A DNA stretch of 24,000 bases from an uncultured Gammaproteobacteria bacterium. Lineage in GTDB: Bacteria > Pseudomonadota > Gammaproteobacteria > SZUA-229. Below the pieces are notes generated by a model. The model had not been told where the DNA came from and made no database searches. It saw only the letters and a list, made by a program, of their open reading frames with translations. Within the stretch, counting starts at the first letter, position 1. Each line of letters opens with the position of its first letter. The position numbers were made by a program, and so were the translations under genes. The stretch covers positions 8,203-32,202 of the forward strand of contig CAWBXM010000069.1 in assembly GCA_963792545.1 (NCBI GenBank), written 5' to 3'. Of the stretch, positions 14,833-20,612 are shown one piece after another.

Positions 14833-14912
14833 CTCGCAGAGGCGCAAAGACGCAGAGAGAAACAAATAAATTTTATTGTTGTTTTTTCTCTGCGTCTTTG
14901 CGCCTCTGCGAG
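14833..14912. repeat. Palindromic intergenic element E2 (26-nt perfect arms built from three CGCAGAGG-type octamers)
   Basis: CTCGCAGAGGCGCAAAGACGCAGAGA (14833-14858) is the exact reverse complement of TCTCTGCGTCTTTGCGCCTCTGCGAG (14887-14912). The AT-rich centre is also roughly self-complementary. The architecture matches E1. Confidence 0.9.
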
Positions 14913-15057
14913 AAAATAAATAATTGTGCTATTACGGGCAGCACTGATAAATCACTAACTAGTAGTGTGTACAAATATTGAACTCAGCTCTCTTTCACCA
15001 AGGCTAAAAGTGCGCTAGTATCAATTAACTCTAGAGATAAGAATTGATAAAAATACT

Positions 15058-15705
15058 ATGGAATCAACAGATTCATCAGCGATCATTTTTATTTGTCATG
15101 AATGTGATGCCTTGCAGCATGTGACCACAGTATTGCCTGGAAATGATGCGATCTGTGTTCGTTGTAAATCGCGGCTGTTCAGAAATCCGAGGGGCGGCAT
15201 AGATAAGCCATTGGCTCTCGTGATAACCGTGATTATTTTGTTTATAGTTGCCAACATACACCCCATTATGGACCTTACTATTACGGGGGTGAAGCTAAGC
15301 ACCACGATAACCGGCGCGGCGTATGTTTTCTGGCAATCAGGCAGCCCCGAGCTGGCGGCTATCGTCTGGCTGCCCAGTGTATTGATTCCCGGTTTGATCA
15401 TCGCCGGTTTATTCTACGTTTTATTTTCTATTCGTTTTCAGCTGAACTGGCCTTACACGAAACCCATTCTGATGTGGATAGGTCGTTTGCTGCCCTGGGG
15501 CATGATGGATGTGTTTTTACTCGGCATACTGGTGTCGATGGTTAAACTCGCGGCAATGGCGAGTATCATCGTAGGAATAGGCTTTTATGCGTTTGTATTG
15601 GTGGTTGTATTATACGCCGCAACCATTGCATCATTGGAACCCCATACCCTCTGGGAATCATTGAAGGATCAATCGGATAAGCAGAATGAGCTTGAAAATG
15701 CCTAG
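15058..15705 (+). CDS. pqiA: PqiA-family inner-membrane protein (first of two half-size paralogues)
   Basis: The N-terminus has a zinc-ribbon-like motif, CHECDALQHV...CVRCKS. Four TM segments typical of a PqiA domain follow. The protein is 215 aa. Confidence 0.8.
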   Translation: MESTDSSAIIFICHECDALQHVTTVLPGNDAICVRCKSRLFRNPRGGIDKPLALVITVIILFIVANIHPIMDLTITGVKLSTTITGAAYVFWQSGSPELAAIVWLPSVLIPGLIIAGLFYVLFSIRFQLNWPYTKPILMWIGRLLPWGMMDVFLLGILVSMVKLAAMASIIVGIGFYAFVLVVVLYAATIASLEPHTLWESLKDQSDKQNELENA

Positions 15706-16327
15706 CGCTATTGTTAGTGCCAGGGAGCTCGGCATGGCCGGCTGTCATACCTGTGGCAAGGCGGTGCACGTGGGTAAACATGCTCACGTTGAGTGCCCGC
15801 GCTGTGGCGCCGATGTGCATTACAGAAAACATAACAGCATCAATCGCGCCTGGGCCTTTCTGATCGCTGCTATGATTATGTACATCCCCGCCAACACTGA
15901 GCCGATGATGCGTACCACCTCATTGGGAAATACCAGTGCCGATACTATCATGGAAGGCGTGGTATATTTTGTGACGCACGGTGACTGGCCAATCGGACTG
16001 GTGATTTTTTGTGCCAGCGTCATTTTACCCTTGTTAAAAATGATCGCGATTTCCTATATTTTAATTTCGGTGCAGCGTCGTTCGGCCAGTAAAAAAACTG
16101 AAAAAACAACCCTCTATAATCTCGCGGAACTTCTTGGTAAATGGTCCATGCTCGATATTTTCGTGGTTGGTTTAATGGCAGGGCTGGTGCAGTTGGGTAC
16201 ATTAACGACCATCGCACCAGGTCCTGCCTGCATCGCCTTTGCGTCTGTGGTTATCTTAACCATGTTAGCGGAAATGGCATTTGACCCCAAACTGATCTGG
16301 GACCAGAAGGAAAAAAATAATGATTGA
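15686..16327 (+). CDS. pqiA: PqiA-family inner-membrane protein (second half-size paralogue)
   Basis: The N-terminus has CHTCGKAVHV...CPRCGA, followed by the PqiA-type TM core (NLAELLGKWSMLDIFVVGLMAGLV). The start is ATG 15686 or ATG 15698, overlapping the upstream stop by 20 or 8 nt. The stop overlaps the pqiB start (ATGATTGA). Confidence 0.8.
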   Translation: MSLKMPSAIVSARELGMAGCHTCGKAVHVGKHAHVECPRCGADVHYRKHNSINRAWAFLIAAMIMYIPANTEPMMRTTSLGNTSADTIMEGVVYFVTHGDWPIGLVIFCASVILPLLKMIAISYILISVQRRSASKKTEKTTLYNLAELLGKWSMLDIFVVGLMAGLVQLGTLTTIAPGPACIAFASVVILTMLAEMAFDPKLIWDQKEKNND

Positions 16328-17861
16328 TAAAACAACACAATCTTCATCAGAAGTACCTGAGGCCGATGTAAAACATAAGAGCAGTCGTTTCTCTGCGGTC
16401 TGGATTATTCCAATAGTCGCCGCAGTAGTAGGTGGCTGGATGGTGTTTCAGAGTGCATTAGAAGATAAAGTCATCGTTGAAGTAGAATTTAAAAATGCTA
16501 CCAGTATAGTGGCGGGTAAAACCGTTGTTAAATTCCGCGATATAGTTTTGGGTAAAGTGACAAAGGTTGATTTCAATGCAGATTTTTCAGGTATTAATGT
16601 TACGCTGGAGTTTTTAGAGGAGGTTGAAGATGAGTACTTTACAGATTCGATGCGGTTCTGGGTGGTGAAACCACGCATCGGTGTAGGTGGTATTAGCGGC
16701 CTGGATACCCTGTTAAGCGGTGCCTATATAGAAGTTGATCCGGGTGAAGGCGGCAAACCTGCGACCAAGTTTGTCGCTTTAGAAGAGCCGGGAATCTATC
16801 AGTTAGGTAACCCGGGTACCCGTTATGTATTGAAGGCGAATCATCTGGGTTCTCTGGACAGGGGCACACCGATTAAATTTCGCGATGTTGATGTCGGTTC
16901 TGTATCGGGTTACAAATTAGCCGAAGATAATAGTCACGTTGAAGTTGAAGTATTTATACATGCTCCCTACGATAAACTGGTTAAACCTGACTCACGATTC
17001 TGGAATATATCCGGTTTTAGTCTTACTGTGAACGCAGAAGGCGCAAAACTAGATATGGCGTCTATTGGCTCACTTATAGTAGGCGGTATCGCGTTTAATG
17101 CTCCTGATCTCTCAACAGGCGTGCAGGCAAAAGAGAAAACTGTATTTACACTGTACGACAGTGAGGTTCCGGAGTTTGAGGAGAAACTGACATTTAAGGT
17201 GCCAATGAAACTCTATTTTGCTAATGGAGTGAGTGGTTTGTCAATAGACGCACCAGTTGAGTACAAAGGTTTACGATTAGGGACAGTGACTGATGTAGGC
17301 GTGGAAGAATTGGTAAATAAAAAGGGTCATCTTGATGTTCACACTTTTGCTATGATTGATATCGAGCCATATCGCCTGCCGATAAAAAACAGAACTGTGA
17401 ACATAACAGACGTGCAACGTGCAAAAGAAGTCAATAGATTTTTTGAGTCTATGGTTAAAGAGGGTTTGCGTGCACAATTGAGGGCAGGTAACTTGCTTAC
17501 TGGTGAATCACTCGTTTCGCTGGATATGTTTCCAGATGCTAAGAAAGAGACTGTAAAATATATAAACGAGGTGGCGATTATACCAACGGTGCCTGAAACA
17601 ATGGTGGTTCTTGAGGAAAAATTAACTAAGATCATGAATCGATTAGCGGAAGTGCCGATGAAAGATATCGGTGTTAGTGTCGAAGAAGCGGCGTCAAGTA
17701 TTGGAGCGCTAGCGGATTCATACAATGATGGTGGTGCGGTGACTCAGCAGATGCTCCAGGTAATGGAAGAGCTAACCCAGTCGGCTCAATCGCTGCGTGG
17801 TTTAACCAACTATCTGGAAAGACACCCGGAAGCGCTGTTGCAAGGTAAATCTCTCGAGTAG
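16320..17861 (+). CDS. pqiB: PqiB-type MCE (MlaD-domain) intermembrane transport protein
   Basis: An N-terminal TM segment (AVWIIPIVAAVVGGWMVF) is followed by three MCE-like units: ...AGKTVVKFRDIVLGKVTKV, ...RGTPIKFRDVDVGSVSGY, and ...DAPVEYKGLRLGTVTDV. The protein ends in a C-terminal helical tail and is 513 aa. Confidence 0.85.
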   Translation: MIDKTTQSSSEVPEADVKHKSSRFSAVWIIPIVAAVVGGWMVFQSALEDKVIVEVEFKNATSIVAGKTVVKFRDIVLGKVTKVDFNADFSGINVTLEFLEEVEDEYFTDSMRFWVVKPRIGVGGISGLDTLLSGAYIEVDPGEGGKPATKFVALEEPGIYQLGNPGTRYVLKANHLGSLDRGTPIKFRDVDVGSVSGYKLAEDNSHVEVEVFIHAPYDKLVKPDSRFWNISGFSLTVNAEGAKLDMASIGSLIVGGIAFNAPDLSTGVQAKEKTVFTLYDSEVPEFEEKLTFKVPMKLYFANGVSGLSIDAPVEYKGLRLGTVTDVGVEELVNKKGHLDVHTFAMIDIEPYRLPIKNRTVNITDVQRAKEVNRFFESMVKEGLRAQLRAGNLLTGESLVSLDMFPDAKKETVKYINEVAIIPTVPETMVVLEEKLTKIMNRLAEVPMKDIGVSVEEAASSIGALADSYNDGGAVTQQMLQVMEELTQSAQSLRGLTNYLERHPEALLQGKSLE

Positions 17862-17894
17862 CGTATTGGAAGTGATCAATGAGGAATTATTAAA

Positions 17895-18483
17895 ATGTCG
17901 CGTCATATTTTTATCATAAGTTTACTGCTGTTATTAACGGCCTGTGGCACTTCGCCTAAAACAAATTTTTATATACTGGATGCGGGGCCAAAGCCTGCCG
18001 CAAGTTCGTTAAGTGAACGTCAGGGGCCAGCGATTGGTTTATGGCAAGTGCAATGCCTGATATGCTGGAGAGGTCGCAGATTGTGACACGTAGTGGTCAG
18101 TATGAGATTAATGTGGCTGACTTTCACTGGTGGGCAGGCAGTCTTAAAAGAAATGTGACGCTAGTGCTCGCTAGCAATTAAGTCAACGTCTGAAGACAGA
18201 TCAGGTTGTTATATCGCCATGGACATATCACCATAAAAATGATTATGAAATAAAAATATATGTAGTACGATTTGATGGAACCTTAGGTGGAGAAGTAGAA
18301 TTAAGAGGTATCTGGAGTTTGATAGACGCCACGGGTAAAAAAGAATTACTCAGTGAAAGTTTCGAGTTTAAAGCAAACACAGTTGATAATTCTTATAAAG
18401 CAATGGTGGCGGCGCTGAGCCAGTTAACAGTGAAACTTGCTGAACAAGTGGCAAATACCATTACTGCATATAAACCTCAGTAG
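17895..18483 (+). pseudogene. pqiC: PqiC (YmbA)-type lipoprotein, frame broken twice
   Basis: The lipobox is LLLLTAC|G. The protein can be followed through three phases. Phase 0 runs from 17895 to about 18050 (…NFYILD…GPAIGLWQVQ). Phase 2 runs from about 18053 to 18178 (MPDMLERSQIVTRSGQYEINVADFHWWAGSLKRNVTLVLASN). Phase 1 runs from 18178 to 18483 (LSQRLKTDQVVISPW…YVVRFDGTLGGEVELRGIW…). The joined sequence aligns along its length with E. coli PqiC as I recall it. Confidence 0.75.
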
Positions 18484-18493
18484 AAAAGTTTAT

Positions 18494-18521
18494 GCTCTTT
18501 GGTTAATGTCAACCATAGAGC
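18494..18521 (+). other. Hairpin between pqiC and the sulP-type gene
   Basis: GCTCTTTGGTT (18494-18504) pairs with AACCATAGAGC (18511-18521) with one mismatch and a 6-nt loop. No U-tract follows. Confidence 0.5.
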
Positions 18522-18538
18522 AAGAGTAAGGGGCAGGA

Positions 18539-20200
18539 ATGAACGTAGAGATTCCCGGGGCGAAGAATAGCTTGCTCAGCCGTTTTTCTGTAGACCTGAT
18601 GCCGGGTCTTACGACGGCTGCCGTGGTCGTGCCGAAGGCGCTTGCTTACGCGACTATCGCGCAATTACCTGTGCAGGCGGGTCTGTTCGCGGCCATGGTG
18701 CCAATGGCGGTGTATGCGGTTCTCGGCACTTCGCGTCTGCTCAGCGTCAGCACTACCACACCGATAGCCATCCTGTGCGCGACAGCCATCGGTGAAGCTT
18801 TGCGCGATAATCCGGGACTCGACCCGCTCACCGCTGCAGCGACACTGTCCGTGCTGGTCGGCCTGATGCTTATCGCCGCACGTGTCCTTCGATTCGGCTT
18901 TCTGGCTAATTTCATCTCGGAACCGGTGCTGACAGGATTCAAGGCGGGGGTCGGTTTTGTAATCGTGGTCGACCAGGTGCCCAAGCTACTCGGTATCCAT
19001 ATCCAGAAGGAGGGTTTCTTCCGCGATGTAATCTCGATATTCACACATGTCCCGGAGCTGTCGTGGCCCACCCTCTCCATTGCTTTGTCCACCTTCGCAG
19101 TCATCTTTATAGCCAGGCGTTATTTGCCGAAATCCCCGGCTCCCTTGCTTGCTGTTGCCGTGGGTATCGCGGCCACCGCCATCGCAGGGCTCGAAGGCAT
19201 GGGCGTGAGCGTGGTTGGTACGATTCACGGTGGTCTTCCGATGCCGATGTTACCGCAGCTCTCACTGTTTGAGGCGATGTGGCCAGCTGCTGCCGGTATC
19301 GCGCTGATCTCTTTTACCGAATCGATCGCCGCAGCGCGTGCTTTTGTTCGACGTGACGACCCCGCTATCGACGCGAATCGCGAACTGCTGGCCATCGGCG
19401 CTGCGAATGCCGCCGGCGCATTCATCGGTTCGATGCCTGCCGGTGGCGGTACCTCACAGACAGCAGTAAGCCTTAAAGCCGGGTCGCAAACGCAGGTCGT
19501 CTCGTTGGTGGTCGCCGCTGTCGCGTTTACAACACTGCTGTTTCTCGCGCCGGTGATCGCACTCATGCCGCACGCCACCCTGGCAGCGGTGGTTATCGCC
19601 TACTCGATCGGGCTGGTAGATCCGGCGGAAATACTTGCTATCCGCCGCGTACGTACGATGGAGTTCCGCTGGGCACTGGCCGCCTGCCTTGGGGTGATGG
19701 TGCTGGGCACGCTCGATGGTATCCTGGTCGCCATCGTGCTTTCATTGCTGGGCCTGATGGTAATGGCGCATAATCCACCCGTCTATGAGCTCAGTCGCAA
19801 GAAGGGCACGCGGGTATTCCGCAAGCGCTCGCCGAAACATCCGGATGACGAGACGATCCCGGGCCTGGTCATCATCCGCGTCGAGGGCAGTTTGTTCTTC
19901 AGCAACGCCGCGACTGTCAGTGAAAAGATACAGGCCACGATCAAGGCAAGTTCTCCACGGGTGATTCTGCTCGACTGTTCTGCGATACCGGATTTAGAGT
20001 TCACCGCGCTCAAGATGTTGGTAGATGCAGAAGAAAGGCGGCGCGCCGAAGGTGTCGAAATATGGCTCGCCTCACTTAACACTGAGGTACTGAAACTGGT
20101 CAAGCGTACGCCGTTGGCAGAACGGCTGGGGCGTGAGCGGATGTTTCACACCGTCGAGCAGGCTGTCGCCGCGTATGAGGCGCGTGAACCGCATAACTAA
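18539..20200 (+). CDS. SulP-family inorganic anion transporter with a C-terminal STAS domain
   Basis: The N-terminal SulP signature is TTAAVVVPKALAYATIAQLPVQAGLFAAMVPMAVYAVLGTSRLLSVSTTTP. The protein has many TM segments. The STAS-like C-terminus reads VIIRVEGSLFFSNAATV...VILLDCSAIPDLEFTALKML. GC content is much higher than in the neighbouring genes. Confidence 0.9.
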   Translation: MNVEIPGAKNSLLSRFSVDLMPGLTTAAVVVPKALAYATIAQLPVQAGLFAAMVPMAVYAVLGTSRLLSVSTTTPIAILCATAIGEALRDNPGLDPLTAAATLSVLVGLMLIAARVLRFGFLANFISEPVLTGFKAGVGFVIVVDQVPKLLGIHIQKEGFFRDVISIFTHVPELSWPTLSIALSTFAVIFIARRYLPKSPAPLLAVAVGIAATAIAGLEGMGVSVVGTIHGGLPMPMLPQLSLFEAMWPAAAGIALISFTESIAAARAFVRRDDPAIDANRELLAIGAANAAGAFIGSMPAGGGTSQTAVSLKAGSQTQVVSLVVAAVAFTTLLFLAPVIALMPHATLAAVVIAYSIGLVDPAEILAIRRVRTMEFRWALAACLGVMVLGTLDGILVAIVLSLLGLMVMAHNPPVYELSRKKGTRVFRKRSPKHPDDETIPGLVIIRVEGSLFFSNAATVSEKIQATIKASSPRVILLDCSAIPDLEFTALKMLVDAEERRRAEGVEIWLASLNTEVLKLVKRTPLAERLGRERMFHTVEQAVAAYEAREPHN

Positions 20201-20503
20201 CCTGGCTGTTACGAAGGTTTTTGACCGAGATTATATGCTTCGACTAGTGCATTTTTTAGTTCAGGCTGTTGCTGCAGATCTTCGATAGAAAGATTCTTTT
20301 TGCGATCTGTTGCAGCTTTTTCATGATAAAGTTTTCTGACCACGCGGAGGCGAATGCTTCGCTACCAAACAAACGGCTGTGGTTTTAGTTTGTCGAGAAT
20401 CAGTTTTAATAGTTTTGCCAGGCTTTGTTTTTATCTAAAATCACATCGATATCAGAGGCGTTGGTCGATGGGTGAATCGATTAAAGAATTTAAAAGGTTT
20501 TTA

Positions 20504-20534
20504 TCTGCGTTCATTTGCGTTCATCTGTGGAAAA
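20504..20534. repeat. Possible degenerate half-copy (E3) of the E1/E2 palindromic element
   Basis: The sequence is TCTGCGTTCATTTGCGTTCATCTGTGGAAAA and contains a tandem 10-mer (TGCGTTCATT / TGCGTTCATC at 20506-20525). Its reverse complement reads CACAGA-tgaa-CGCAAA-tgaa-CGCAGA. These are the same CRCARA cores, in the same order as in the E2 arm, with a 10-nt unit instead of an 8-nt unit. A weak partner may lie at 20341-20354 (CACGCGGAGGCGAA). Confidence 0.35.
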
Positions 20535-20612
20535 TTCTTTTAAGATTTTCAAACGGCTGTTTGGGCTCGAGTCGACATGGTCGACAAGTTGGGGAAAGTG
20601 TTGGCTAATGTA

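Noticed and set aside
15020-15048. Inverted repeat ATCAATT...AATTGAT with an inner CTCTAGAG palindrome just upstream of pqiA, as an operator
   Set aside because: 7-bp inverted repeats within 20 nt, and 8-bp palindromes, are each expected tens of times by chance in 24 kb. There is no supporting second site.
15058-16327. The two half-size pqiA genes as a fifth frameshift of a single E. coli-like 417-aa pqiA
   Set aside because: Each half has its own CxxC...CxxC N-terminus and a complete four-TM PqiA domain. The second half has in-frame ATGs overlapping the first stop (ATGCCTAG). Single-domain PqiA genes in tandem are common in gammaproteobacteria. Given the indel-prone sequence, this is not fully excluded.
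1519-18181. Programmed ribosomal frameshifting at the four frame breaks
   Set aside because: No slippery heptamer (X XXY YYZ), no stimulatory pseudoknot and no polyA slippery run is present at any of the sites. These gene families are not known to use recoding.
14703-18538. The 14-mer AGTAAGGGGCAGGA occurs about 43 nt downstream of two gene stops (14703-14716 after the barrel gene, 18525-18538 after pqiC)
   Set aside because: Roughly one exact 14-mer pair is expected by chance in 24 kb. The flanks diverge immediately. In the second copy the 14-mer simply provides the RBS region of the SulP gene. The similar position is curious but not supportable.
20370-20560. The 11-mer CAAACGGCTGT is repeated 180 nt apart (20370-20380 and 20550-20560), possibly as a target-site duplication
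   Set aside because: Dozens of 11-mer pairs are expected by chance in a window this size. About one such pair is expected within 200 nt of each other. There is no terminal-inverted-repeat structure between the copies.
20566-20585. CTCGAG-GTCGAC-atg-GTCGAC (XhoI/SalI-like cluster), suggesting a cloning-vector remnant
   Set aside because: It does not match any polylinker I know, and there is no other vector-like sequence nearby. It is most simply a small self-complementary hairpin downstream of the sensor gene.
20354-20608. 84-aa plus-strand ORF with GGAGG just upstream
   Set aside because: The SD-ATG spacing is only 3 nt. The protein is Arg/Cys/Phe/Ser-rich with no motif. It spans the E3 repeat and lies in a convergent terminator-type gap.
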